DNA of 64,000 bases from positions 76,942,001 to 77,006,000 of the forward strand of contig NC_043004.1 in the NCBI RefSeq assembly GCF_006345805.1, in the 5' to 3' direction. Each line of letters begins with the position of its first letter. Position 1 is the first letter of the stretch. The stretch is from Octopus sinensis (lineage: Eukaryota). Shown piece after piece: positions 1 to 12,288 of the stretch. The position numbers and the translations under genes are program-made. The notes under the pieces are model-generated. The model ran no database searches and was not told the origin of the DNA. It saw only the letters and a list, made by a program, of their open reading frames with translations.

Positions 1-354
1 CCTAGTTTTTTGGATGAATTTTGGTCAGCTGTAAATTATTAGTCAGGTAGATTAATGCAAGTACCTTACAAAGTGATACAGCACATTGGCTGTCATCGTG
101 ATGACGGAATTCCTCTTCCACTGATGTGTTTCAGTCATTACACTGTGGCCTTGAAGAATTTTAGTTGAACGAATTAACCCCGCTACTAATTTTTTTAAGC
201 TTGGTATTTATTCTATCGATCTGTTATGCCAAACTGCTAAGTTACAGGACATAAACACAGACACAAAAGCGCACACATATATGTATGTGACTGTGTGTGT
301 ACTGTTGGCGATTTTTTTTCGTCCGTCTTCCCTTCCTTGGATCTTTCCTTTTCC

Positions 355-427
355 TATGTTTCTGATGAAGAGCTCCGCTCGAAACGTTAAATCCTCCTTC
401 CTTCTTTCCTTTCCTGAGCGTCAAATA
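355..427 (+). ncRNA. Type I hammerhead ribozyme motif (PLE-type) in a short insert within a SINE
   Basis: CTGATGA 362-368, extra A369, stem II GAGC/GCTC 370-373/377-380, GAAA 381-384, stem III ACGTT/AGCGT, cleavage triplet GTC 420-422, stem I TGTTT/AAATA. Confidence 0.65.
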
Positions 428-494
428 ACACTATACTTGTTCCACGTCCTTGCATTTTTGTGTTTTCTCTTTGTCTTTTCATGCTTGGATCAAC

Positions 495-539
<45 letters not shown>

Positions 540-556
<17 letters not shown>

Positions 557-710
557 GCTTTTTTCAGTTTTTGTCTACTAAATCCATTCACAAGGCCTTG
601 GTTGGCTTGAGGTTATAGTAGACAACACTTGCTCAAGGTACCATGCAGTGGGATTGAACCCAGAACCATGTTTTTGGGAAGCAAGCTTCTTACCACACAT
701 CCATGCCTAC
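540..710 (-). mobile_element. SINE family A, 5' half (its 3' half lies at ~130-290, separated by the PLE-like insert and (TA)n)
   Basis: Reverse complement of the family A head seen at 990-1145. Confidence 0.75.
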
Positions 711-989
711 ATGTGTGTGTGTGTGTGTGTGTGTAGTATGAGTATTTAGAACCTTAATATATACAGTGGCAGACAGGCCAGGTTGCCAGCTTACCCAATG
801 CAAATGGGCCCCTGTGCCATTAGAAGCCATATATGGGGGCCCATGTTAGTATTTAAGGGGCCCATCCCCTCAAGTTTGAGAATTTTTTATTCACTCCTGT
901 AAGAATACATTAATTATTTCAGCCTGGCTGTGTTTGTAGACAGGTGAAAAGAATACTTCCAACAACAAAAGAAAAAAAATTAAATGATA

Positions 990-1391
990 GGCGCAGGAGT
1001 GGCTGTGTGGTAAGTAGCTTGCTAACCAGCCACATGGTTCCGGGTTCAGTCCCACTGCGTGGCACCTTGGGCAAGTGTCTTCTACTATAGCCTCGGGCCG
1101 ACCAAAGCCTTGTGAGTGGATTTGGTAGACGGAAACTGAAAGAAGCCTGTCATATATATGTATATATATATATGTATGTATGTGTGTGTGTCTGTGTCTG
1201 TCTCCCTAGCATTGCTTGACAACCGATGCCGGTGTGTTTACGTCCCCGTACCTTAGCGGTTTGGCAAAGAGACAGATAGAATAAGTACTAGGCTTACAAA
1301 GAATAAGTCCCGGAATCGATTTGCTCGACTAAAGGCGGTGCTCCAGCATGGCCGCAGTCAAATGACTGAAACAAGTAAAAGAGTAAAAGAG
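990..1391 (+). mobile_element. SINE family A, full length (tRNA-derived head, internal (TA)n/(TG)n, GTAAAAGA tail)
   Basis: GGCGCAGGAGTGGCTGTGTGGTAAG A-box-like head, GGTTCAGTCCC B-box-like, tail AGTAAAAGAGTAAAAGAG; more than 10 similar copies in the window. Confidence 0.85.
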
Positions 1392-1847
1392 ATAGCATTG
1401 TAGTTGCAGGTGGGCCCCCTTGGTTGTATGTATCATGCTATTATAGCTTTTGTTAAGCTATACATAAAACTAACTATAAACAAGCATGTCAAAGTATTGT
1501 TTATTCTGTGTCAATCATCTACAGTATCGAAGAGAGTACGATCAGTCATTTAAGTTTAGACCCCATTTAATGTCTAACTGGAAGTCTCTTCTCTGTGCAC
1601 CAGCTCAGTAACTAGTTTGCAGTGATGGACGTCCTTGTCTACAGTTCATCTTTTATGTTCTACATTATGGAGGTACAATGCTCAGTTAATATGGAAGGGC
1701 AGAAATGTGGTAACTTTAATGACTGCCAGATATGTATCGTCGTAAACTGCAATTGAAGTAAAAGTGTGCGCACTGGAGATAGCAATGACAGTGGTTGCAG
1801 ACTGCTGGACCAATTCTGGGTAGCTTAAATAAGATTCATCATCATCA

Positions 1848-1915
1848 TTGTCATCGTCATCGTCATCATCATCATCATCATCGTCATCATCATCATCATC
1901 GTCATCACCATCACT
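1848..1915. repeat. (CAT)n microsatellite, tail of an antisense RTE 3' copy
   Basis: CATCATCAT/CGTCAT run followed by TTTAACGTCTG. Confidence 0.9.
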
Positions 1916-1934
1916 ATTTAACGTCTGTTTTCCA

Positions 1935-2198
1935 ACGTCGCCTTACTACCAACATCGCCTTACTGGCACCTGTGCTGGTGGCATGTGTAAAAAGATTCAA
2001 GCGAGGTCATTGCCAGTATTGCCTGACTGGCACATAAAAAACACCCACTACACTCTCGGAGTGGTTGGCATTAGGAAGGGCATCTAGCTGTAGAAACTCT
2101 GCCAGATCAAGATTGGAGCCTGGTGCAGCCATCTGGTTCGCCAGCCCTCAGTCAAAATCGTCCAACCCATGCTAGCATGGAAAGCGGACATTAAACGA
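1935..2198 (+). mobile_element. RTE LINE 3' UTR copy inserted into an antisense copy of the same family
   Basis: GTGGTTGGCATTAGGAAGGGCATC...CCATGCTAGCATGG...TTAAACGAT; TTTCCA duplicated at 1929-1934 and 2199-2204. Confidence 0.75.
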
Positions 2199-2432
2199 TT
2201 TCCATGCTGGTATGGGTTGGATGGATTGACAGAATCCAGTGAACTGCAGGACTGCATCAAACCTCAGTGTCTGCTTTGGCATGGTTTCTGCTGCAGCTGA
2301 ATGCCCTTCCTAACCACGTGAACTGAGTGCTTCTCATGCATGACAGAAAAAGAACAAGAAAAGGAAAAAAGAGTAGGAAAAAGACTCCACACTTAAGTGG
2401 TGGAGAATAAGAAGCAGCTACTAATGACAATC

Positions 2433-2617
2433 ATCATCATCATCATCATCGTTTAACGTCCGCTTTCCATGCTAGCATGGGTTGGACGATTTTGACTGAG
2501 GGCTGGCAAACCAGATGGCTGCACCAGGCTCCAATCTTGATCTGGCAGAGTTTCTACAGCTGGATGCCCTTCCTAACGCCAACCACTCCGAGAGTGTAGT
2601 GGGTGCTTTTTACGTGA
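2433..2617 (-). mobile_element. RTE LINE 3' end copy
   Basis: (CAT)n GTTTAACGTCCGCTTTCCATGCTAGCATGGG...CACTCCGAGAGTGTAGTGGG. Confidence 0.8.
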
Positions 2618-2866
2618 ATATAGCAATAAATTTAGAGCACTAGGATACATTTACACAGACTCTGTCCACAGATTCTTATTTATTACAATTCTTAAAAATA
2701 TAAATGTTTCTCCAAACCTTATCTTTTATGGTCATGTTTTCATTTCAAGTCATGGTTTAAAAGATGTACTTCATAGTTCTGTTACCTGGTAGTTAGTTGT
2801 AGCAAAATGTTCAGGACAAACGGTTTCTCATTCCATGCCAAAATCAGGTAGCACGAAGCATACTCT

Positions 2867-3100
2867 TTTACTTCTTTCAGTCATTTGACTGTGGCCATGC
2901 TGGAGCATCGCATTTGGTCAAGAAAATCGACCCCAGGTCTTATTCTTTATAAGCCTAGTACTTATTTTATCGGTGTCCTTTGCCAAACCACTAAGTTACA
3001 GGGACGTAAAGAAACAGCATCGGTTGTCAAGCGATGTTGGAGGGACAAACACAGACAAATACATACACACACACATACATATACATACATATATATATAG

Positions 3101-3157
<57 letters not shown>

Positions 3158-3180
3158 TATTTTATGTATATATATATATA
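2867..3180 (-). mobile_element. SINE family A, 3' half plus (TA)n
   Basis: Matches the reverse complement of the 3' part of 990-1391. Confidence 0.8.
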
Positions 3181-3185
3181 TATAT

Positions 3186-3874
3186 AAATATTGAGGGAGA
3201 TAAATTAATATTAATTTTAATATCAATTTAAAACCAGTAGTCCAGCATTCAAAAAATCTGAGGAGTCAGAGAAAATTCAAATATATGTGTATATTGGTAG
3301 GGCTGGCCTGCTAGGTAGCCGGCCAAAATGCTAGAAGAAGATCATCAACGATCAAACTACAAGGGAAATTCTCTAGAGGAAGAATTCAGCGAACACCAGA
3401 ACCAACTTTGGCGGGCAGGGCATATGAAAAATTAAATAAAAAACAGACTTAAATGCATACCTCGGTTTCGGTCTTAACAAAAGAATTACTTGCATAATTC
3501 AAGTGTCCGTGACTTCATCAGTACATTCGGTCCTCGAGATGCAAACCGCAAGACTAACCCCAGCTCTCTGTGTCAAGACAGACACGTGCTTAGTCTTACT
3601 GATTACATCGGGAATAAAATTTCAAATGTCTTGGTTCTAGCGCGCTAAGAGACTCCTGAAGTGAAGGGCTGCAGTGAATAATTCACTGCGGGTAATGCTT
3701 AAAACTAGGGAACGTATTTATTTAAATATTTAAATATTGAGGGAGATAAATTAATATTAATTTTAATATCAATTTAAAACCAGTAGTCCAGCATTCAAAA
3801 AATCTGAGGAGTCAGCCCTGCCAATATACACATATATTTGAATTTTTTCTGACACCTCAGAATTTTTGAATGCT
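3186..3874 (-). mobile_element. Non-autonomous Penelope-like/retrozyme-like element with direct and inverted pseudo-LTR repeats
   Basis: Identical 84-bp direct repeats 3186-3269 and 3732-3815; 60-bp inverted copy 3815-3874 of 3244-3303 (4 mismatches); internal hammerhead motif. Confidence 0.7.
3451..3528 (-). ncRNA. Type I hammerhead ribozyme motif
   Basis: Minus strand GAATGTA-CTGATGA-AGTC...GACC-GAA-ACC-GA-GGT-A-TGCATTT: 7-bp stem I, full core, GUA cleavage triplet at 3460-3458. Confidence 0.75.
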
Positions 3875-4375
3875 AGTTTAGCTTCATGATCTCACAACTA
3901 TGATAATAAACTTATCCTCTTTGAATTTTTACTCAAATAAATGACTTTAATTCAATGATGATATTTGTTGGCATAATTTGAATGGATCTGCTCCAATACA
4001 TCACTTGTTACAATCCTCTGTTATCATAAGATCCACCATTCTATGATCAACCTTCACAACTTCTTCCCATATCTTCACCTCCTGCAAACTCTTTCTGTTG
4101 ACATTTCTTCATCCAACAGGTATCCTTTGCTCTCACAAGTTTGTACCAAAGCAGTCTTTCCTCTTACACGCTGTATCTGATTCCTCTCCTACTTACTTCT
4201 TTTCGATTCATCCATGTTCCATTGTTCATGTTTGTTAAAATACATCTGATCCAGTCAGTGCCTATGTCTCACCGCCTATTTTGCATTATGCAGTCATACA
4301 ATCTGCCCTTCATTTAGGAATAAGCCTTTTGTTACTAGCAGAGATAATGGTTCTTTGAACTTATCCTTACTTTAA

Positions 4376-4597
4376 CCCTTTTGATACCAACCCAGCTGAA
4401 ACTGCCTCTGGCTTTGTAGTATAAATGTCTTGTTTACATAAGTTTTGAATTAAAATCTTCTGCCAAACCTTAGTCACAATTTATGTTCCTAACACTAGCT
4501 TAATGATAACTAAGTTATTTTACTAAATTCTTTGTTACATTTAAAATCAATTGAAAGAAGCACTGAACATCTCAAAATAAATAAGGTAACGAAAGGG
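4376..4597. mobile_element. piggyBac-type MITE, family 1
   Basis: TTAA|CCCTTT...GTAACGAAAGGG|TTAA; second copy at 31962-32182. Confidence 0.8.
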
Positions 4598-5044
4598 TTA
4601 ACAGAAGTGTGAAATAAATCTTAGAACTTAAAGGGTTTTAAATTCTGAAGAGAATGTCATTTCTTTCCATTAATATTATCAATTGAAATAAAGTTCTAGG
4701 TGAAAGAGCTGGGCAATGACTTAATACCTCTCAAAGTAAGTATTTGTTGTGGTGAGAGTCATGACACTCCTGCGCAAATAGACTTGACTGAACTACTATA
4801 AATAGTAGTGGTCTGAGTAGTGGAGAGTGGGCATTAATCGCAGTGATTTTTGGTAATTTGTCAGAATATTGTTTGTTGGTTCACGTGAAAAGTTTGTTGG
4901 ATTGTCACATTATTGCTACCCTGCTTCGTTATTATGTTTATTATTACTACACAGTTATGGTGTAAAACAAGTATTGTCATTAATAGTGCCAATACTACAA
5001 TAAATGGCAATGAGTGAAAACGTTACAATAATATTTAATTCTTT

Positions 5045-5180
5045 ATTGCCCATAAGGGGCTAAACATAGAGAGGACAAACAAGGACAGACAAAGGGATTA
5101 AGACGATTACATCGACCCCACTGCTTAACTGGTACTTATTTAATCAACCCCGAAAGGATGAAAGGCAAAGTCGACCTATT
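5045..5180 (-). mobile_element. SINE family B, 3' part
   Basis: Reverse complement of the family B tail (GGGGCTAAACATAGAGAGGACAAACAAGGACAGAC). Confidence 0.75.
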
Positions 5181-5869
5181 ATTATTGCTGTCAATAAGGT
5201 GGCTTGGTGGTAAAACAGTTAGTAGGATGGGCATTTTGTCCATCTTTACATTCTGAGTTCAAATTCCACTGAGGTTGACTTTGCCTTTCATCCTTTTGGG
5301 GTTGATAAAATAAATTCAAGTTGAGTACTCAGGTTAGTGTAATTGACTTCCCCTCCCCTCAAAAAATAACTGGTCATGTGCCAAAATTCATCATCATCAT
5401 CCAGTGTTTTAAATCCAAGTTTTATCCCCGTTAACAGGGATGGCCAGATCTACTTCAATGCCATAGCAACTGAGGCAGGCAGGTACAGCTCACCCCTGCC
5501 TTTGGGCTGGCTGGTGCCCATTCTCCTTTGCTATTATGAGGCTTTTTTTTAACTGGATTTTCTAGGAGGAGCATGCCCTTGCTTATTCCCAACCTCAGTT
5601 TCTAGACATGAGAGGTCCCGAGACCAAGGCTTCTACCATGATTTTTAAGAAATGTGGTGGAAAACTAGCTCAGGAAGGCATTACTACATGAGACCCCTTT
5701 TGGAGCCCCCTACCTACAAAGGAAAAATGAATATTGTAGTAAATTCTGAAGAGTAAAACTAAACTCCTGTCAAACCAAGTTTATAATTCAGTTTCAGTTC
5801 TTCATTGGAAAATATTTCTCTTCTTTCACACTTCTGCTTCCGTTTGAAAATCTTGAATACCATTTACTA

Positions 5870-6122
5870 TTGGGTTGGTGCATAATTATTGCAGCTTTTT
5901 TTTCAACAAATTTTATTCAACTTAAAACAGTAACAATATTTAAAAAAAACATCTTTAAATGATGATCTGACCATCTGCCTAGCAAATGGGAAGCAGTAAT
6001 TGAAGTAGATTGTGAATATGCTCCGGAATAATCATTTAGAGATGTTTTTGTTACATGTTGTTATTGTTTTTGTTGAATAAAATTGGTTGGAAAAAGGCCG
6101 CAATAATAATGCACCAACCTAA
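5870..6122 (+). mobile_element. Mariner-derived MITE (Hsmar1/MADE1-like TIRs)
   Basis: TA|TTGGGTTGGTGCATAATTATTGC...GCAATAATAATGCACCAACCTAA|TA; interior encodes DHLPSKWEAVIEVDCEYAPE*, like a mariner C-terminus. Confidence 0.8.
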
Positions 6123-6565
6123 TATTTCTTCTGTGAAATCACCATCTTCATGTTCTAAGTAATGAAACACTGTTGTGACACACATTTTCAGTGGTTAATC
6201 TATCAAAATCCTAATTTTTCACAATGCTGTTTGTCAAGGTGGAATAGTATATCTGTTTCAGATAAACAGACTAAATACAGATACTGTTTTCCACCTTCAG
6301 ATAAGTAGATAAGTTGGTGTGAGAATAGATATCTTATCTTTTCTATGTCATCAGGTTATGAACCATCTCTGATGACATTTGTCACAAGTGCCACATGCTT
6401 GTTAAGGAATCTTCATTGGAGAACACAAAGGTCATTTCCTCCAGCTTTTCCTTATTTTTTTTACAAGACACCATCTTGTTGGCTTTATGCATGCAGGTTT
6501 ACTATACCTGCTTGGGTAGTTTGTAAAAAGTTTGAATCATCACCATCATCATCATTTAACGTCCG

Positions 6566-6816
6566 TTACTGGCACCTGTGCTGGTGGCATGTGTAAAAAG
6601 ATTCGAGCGAGGTCATTGCCAGTACCGCCTGACTGGCCCTCGTGCTGGTGGCATGTAAAAAGCACCCACTACACTCTCGGAGTGGTTGGCATTAGGAAGG
6701 GCATCCAGCTGTAGAAACTCTGCCAGATCAAGATTGGAGCCTGGTACAGCCATCTGGTTCGTCCAACCCATGCTAGCATGGAAAGTGGATGTTAAACAAT
6801 GTTGATGATGATGATG
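6566..6816 (+). mobile_element. RTE 3' UTR copy nested in an antisense RTE copy
   Basis: Same family motifs and (GAT)n tail; host copy continues at 6817 with TCCATGCTGG. Confidence 0.75.
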
Positions 6817-7372
6817 TCCATGCTGGCAAGGGTTGGATGGTTTGACCAGGGCTGGCAAGCTGGAAGGAAGGCTGTATGAGACTCCAGTCTGATTTAGCAT
6901 AGTTCTCTGATAGCTGGATGCCAATCCTAATGCCAACCACTCCAAGAGTGTAATGGGTAATTTTACGTGTCACTGGCACAGGTGCCATTTGCATGACACT
7001 GGTATCTGCCATGTCTGTGATTTTGCTTAGCTTGATGGGTTTCCTTCTCAGGCACGTCATAATGCCAAAGGTCTCAGTCATTGCCTCTGTAAGGCCCAAC
7101 ACTCAGAAAGAGCTCAGCCACATTGCCTCCATGAGGACCAACACTCAAAAGGAGCTCAGCCACTTTGCCTCTGTGAAGTCCAATGCTAAAAAGGTGCATT
7201 TTACATGTCCCCAGCACCAGCATCTGCCATGACTACGATTTCAGTTGGCTTGAAGGGTCTCCTCAAGCACAGCATATCACCAAAGGTCCCAATCACTAGT
7301 CATTGATTTGGTGAGGCCCAAAGTTCGAAGACCATGCTTCACCACCTCGTCCCATGTCTTCCTGAATAACTA
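6817..7372 (-). mobile_element. RTE LINE 3' fragment including the ORF end
   Basis: Minus strand encodes RKTWDEVVKHGLRTLGLTKSMTSD, matching 14125-14200; ~42-bp tandem units at 7073-7200. Confidence 0.7.
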
Positions 7373-7675
7373 CTGAGAAGTATTTGATCCACTACTCTAA
7401 CACTTTTATGAACCCAGTGTCCAAAACAGACTATATTTAATTGAACCTGCAAGGATGAAAGACATTCCGCCTCAACAGGATTTAAATTCAGAATCCAAAG
7501 TGCCAAAACAAAGCATTATGTCAGTTCTCTAAGTATTCTTCCATTTTGCTGGAGAGCTTTCTAACTATCATTTATTCATTCTTGATCTCAGGATTATAAA
7601 AGATAAAATTATAATTTTCCAGTTTTTTCTCTGCTGTTTCTAACTTACAAAACAGCTTAGAAAATAGATAATTAA

Positions 7676-8060
7676 GGCAGCAAGCTGGCAGAAATGTTAG
7701 CACACCGGGCGAAATGCTTAGCAGTATTTGAGTTCAAATTCCGCCAAGGTCGACTTTACCTTTCATCCTTTCGGGGTCAATTAAATAAGTACCAGTTACG
7801 CACTGAGGGTGATATAATCGACTTAATCTGTTTGTCTGTCCTTGTTTGTCCCCTCTCTGTGAGCAATAAAGAAATAACAAACGTTAGCATGCCGGGTGAA
7901 ATGTTTAGCGGTATTTCGTCTGTTCAAATTCCGCCGAGGTTGACTTTGCCTTTTATCCTTCTTGGGGTAATAAATTAAATACCAGTTGCCTACTGGGGTC
8001 TATCTAAGCAACTGGCTCTCTCCCCAAAATTTCAGGCCTTGTACCTAGAGTAGAAAAGAA
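7676..8060 (+). mobile_element. SINE family B copy followed by a related diverged copy
   Basis: GGCAGCAAGCTGGCAGAAATGTTAGCAC...GAGTTCAAATTCCGCC B-box; tail AATAAAGAAATA. Confidence 0.75.
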
Positions 8061-8380
8061 ATAGACAATTCACTGATTTCCTCTTCGCAGTCAGTTCCCA
8101 ACCATTGCACATTGGGAGTCATTGCCAAATCTCTATAATGTGCAGTTCATTATTATATCTGCCGGAAAACAAAAGAAGCAGTTGTGCTGATTACAGGATG
8201 TAAACTGCCAAAATCTTCATCTTATCAGTGAGTTAGAACTCTATTCACTGAGCCATAGTGGATTCTCACCTAACTCTGAAATACTTGCTTAAAATAGCTG
8301 CTCTGTCAAATTTTCATATTATCAAAACCATTCAAGTATGAAAAATATATTGTAAGCAAAGAAAATTGTTCCGTAGTTTA

Positions 8381-8802
8381 GGTGTAGGAGTGGCTGTGTG
8401 GTGGGTAGCTTGCTTACCAACCACATGGTTCCGGGTTCAGTCCCACTGCATGGCATCTTGGGTGAGTGTCTTCTACTATAGCCTTGGGCCGACCAAAGCC
8501 TTGTGAGTGGATTTGGTAGACGGAAACTGAAAGAAGCCTGTCGTATATATGTATATATATATGTGTGTGTATGTGTGTGTGTATATGTTAGTGTGCATAT
8601 GTTTGTCCCCACAACATCGCTTGACAACCGATGCTGGTGTGTTTACATCCCCGTACCTTAGCAGTTCGGCAAAGAGACCGATAGAATAAGTACTAGGCTT
8701 ACAAAGAATAAGTCCTGGGGTCAATTTGCTCGACTAAAGGCGGTGCTCCAGCATGGCCGCAGTCAAATGCCTGAAACAAGTAAAAGAGTAAAGAGTAAGA
8801 GT
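8381..8802 (+). mobile_element. SINE family A, full length
   Basis: High similarity to 990-1391. Confidence 0.85.
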
Positions 8803-11156
8803 AGCTCAAATCAGAAATTCAAGAAAGTACCTTGCTGCCAGAATTATTGATGATAAGTTCTTTTTCGTTTTTTTTTTGGGGGGGGGAGAAATCTTTATTT
8901 TAAAAAATCTAAAAAGCCTCAAATTTTTTATTGTAGATGAAAAATTTTTTGACTCATTAAACTTAGCATAATACTTTAATTCTTAGGATAAGCAAAATGA
9001 GATGGTAATTAAGAAGCAGCAAACATTGATTACTACAAATAATAAATCTGAACATTTACAATTTTATTTTGTATGGTACCCAAAATCAGTACAGTATCAT
9101 TGGTCTGCTCTGAAGAAAAGGAAACAACATTTCAACATATTCAAAATATTACCATTTTTAATTATCAAAAATATGTAAGTAGTTTGTTTCTTTCTCATTG
9201 ACTAATTTTTCATATTTTTGTTGTTCTCTCTATATTTTTTACTAGCTGAAGAGCCTGTCTTTGCCGGGCAATTTTTACAATAGAATGCCTTATATAAATT
9301 TTTGTTTATTCCATGTCAGAGCATGCCTTCCCTGACAAATCAGCCTCTTGATCAGGAGTTGTGCAATTTTTCTCAAAAAAATTTTGTTTAGGATCTTTTC
9401 CTTTTTAAATTATTTACTTGCCTATCCTACCCTTTGACAAGACTTTATTCGTTAAAACTTATTAAAATTCCAGAAATTCTTACAATTTTGGTCATCATGA
9501 TGCCTTGCTTTCGTATGTTTAATAAAAATTCCTCCTCTTAATGATTTTGCTTTCATTTTGTGGTAGACAGCTTTCATGCAGAAAATGCTAGCTTCCGAAT
9601 CCTGTTTTCTGATTAGGTAAAGTTGATTAAACTTTAAACCTCAATAATATTTTTCTACTATTTTTCTGTAACAAATCAATAACGAAATTGGATTTAATGT
9701 AAAAAATTCTTTCTATATACCAAATTTGAAAATTTTGACATAATTTTAAAATTTCACAATATGTGACAGTATAAGGGAAGACCCAACAAAAGTAGAAAGA
9801 CAGACATTTATAGGACGTCTCACACACAGACACACACACACACACACACATGCACACACGCATTTACAAACATACACACAGGTAATCATGAATTTAAAAT
9901 TGTGTATAGTAGACACATGTATGTATGTATCTATGTATGTGTGTGTGTGTGTCTGTGTGTGAGTGTTTCTTTGCAATGGACAGCAGAAAAGCCACCTACC
10001 CCCCTCTCTCCTTAAAACTACATATTCCTCACACCCGCCTTTCTTTCCCTCTTTTGGCATTTTGAAAGTTAGTTATGTATAAGCCCATGTGTGTGCATGT
10101 AGTGTGTGTGTATGTGAGTGTGTGTGTATGCATGCATCTATATATTTATGAAAGTATGTAGGCAGTGTCACGTGTATATCTATGAATGACAGCTGTATTA
10201 ATGTTACCATCCCACAGCCACTCCATATTTGTCACTTAAACAATGCTGTTCTCCTCTTCTCTCCTATCAACCACACTCACTATGCTACCACATTTCCCTC
10301 ACACTAACACACTTTGCATCCTTCTCATTTTATCAAATAATAGCCCAACCCCTGCTAAGGAGCCCCTTATAGATTTTTATTGAAATCCAATTAGCCTGTA
10401 ATTGAACTGGATGTTAGTTTAACATGTATGCAAAGTTTTGTGAAGGTTGATTCACTGATGTGGGCAGCAAGATGGTAACAGGCAGATCGACAGATAAAAA
10501 TTGCACATTATGTACAAGATTTAATCATTTAACCTGTCAGCTCCTGTCAAAGCATGCAATCTGTGCAATCCATGTCAGCACGCAGATACAGATGCTAAAT
10601 GATGAGGATGATGATGTACACACACACACACACACAAACAAATCTAAATGTGTGTATGTTTGTGTGTGTGCTTATTAGCTTTATACTTTGTATATATATA
10701 TATATATATATATATAGTAATAATATTAAGGAGTAAAACTTCAAACTTTCAGGGAAAAATTCAATTTAGTATAAATCAAATTTCACAGTATAAATATATA
10801 AAATATAAATTAGAGATAAAACCACTATTGTTTAACTCTATTTGCTTATTTATTTAACTATTATCATTAACCTGAAGATTGACTATAATTTTAAATCGAA
10901 TGTATTTCAATTGAATTTAAACTTAATTGTAATTCAAATTTAATTGTAGCCATGAAATGTACATAGTGTTTTTATATATTATATTATATTTTTATCATTC
11001 ATTTTATACTTTTTGAGATCTAGTTATAAGTTATAAATAAAAAAAAAATAATATTTATATATTTATATATATATTGGTTTATGTCTATCACTGCTTGAGT
11101 TGCATAATAGTGGTTTTATCTCTAATTTATATTTTATATATATATATATTTTATAT

Positions 11157-11204
<48 letters not shown>

Positions 11205-11500
11205 CATATTTTAATGACCGCCCTCCATACTGGGTAGGACAGTTTGACAGGAGATGACCAGGCAGAAGCTTGCACCAGACTTCTGTGACTGTTTTGGCAT
11301 GATATTTACTGTTGGATGCCCTTCCTAACATCAACCACTCAGCAGAATGGACTTTGGGCTTTTTACATGGCACAAGCACAGGTGAGGTCAGTTTTGGCAA
11401 GGTTTTTATAGCTGGATGCCCTTCCAAATGCCAACCACTTTACAGTGTGGACTGGATGCTTTTTAGCTGGTACCTGCACTGACAGGGTCACCAAGTAACT
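11205..11500 (-). mobile_element. RTE-tail repeat (diverged)
   Basis: GGATGCCCTTCCTAACATCAACCAC and GGATGCCCTTCCAAATGCCAACCAC motifs. Confidence 0.6.
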
Positions 11501-11765
11501 TGCACGACAAAAATCTTTTGAGAGGGGAGGGGGCATTGGAGGAGGTGGTCTTGTGTCAGATGATGAAAAGTTATAATGAGACAGAGAAAAAAAAACTGGT
11601 GTACTTTAGTGTACTTTAGCATTTTGGTTTATTCCGGTTTAATCTACAGTAATTCGCCGGCAGATAAGTCATGTTTTTTAAATGTATTCTAAACAATATC
11701 AACATACGTTTTTTATTAACTTTATACACTAACACGTATTTACATTTATTTACCCTCTCCATAAG

Positions 11766-12102
11766 ACACATGTGCCGGTGTAAGACACCTGTGCTGGTGA
11801 CAGGTAAAAAGCACCATCCGAACGTGGCTGATGCCAGCACCGCCTGACCGGCGTCCGTGTCGGTGACACATAAAAGCACCAACCAATCGTGGCCGTTTGC
11901 CAGCCTCCTCTGGTCCCTGTGCTGGTGGCACGTGAAAAACATCCACTACACTCATGGAGTGGTTCGCGTTAGGAAGGGCTATAGAAACACTGCCAAACCA
12001 GACTGGAGCCTGGTGCAGCCTCCATGGCTTGCTAGAACCCAGTCGAACTGTCCAACTCATGCTTGCATGGAAAACGGACATTAAAGGATGATGATGATGA
12101 TA
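11766..12102 (+). mobile_element. RTE 3' UTR copy with tandem modules
   Basis: Repeated GTGCTGGTGGCACGTAAAAAGCACC modules; (GAT)n tail. Confidence 0.8.
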
Positions 12103-12210
12103 ATGAATTAATCATGTTCACAATAATACTCTATTTAAATATTTTAGTTTGTAACTTTTAATAATATTAATGTCTTTAACTTAGGGATTACATTACAGGT
12201 TTTATTTCTT

Positions 12211-12288
<78 letters not shown>

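Noticed and set aside
760-880. hAT-like MITE end (CAGTGGC, GGGCCC motifs)
   Set aside because: No matching opposite TIR or 8-bp TSD identified.
990-1065. SINE heads as tRNA genes
   Set aside because: A/B boxes present but no complete cloverleaf; they continue into SINE bodies.
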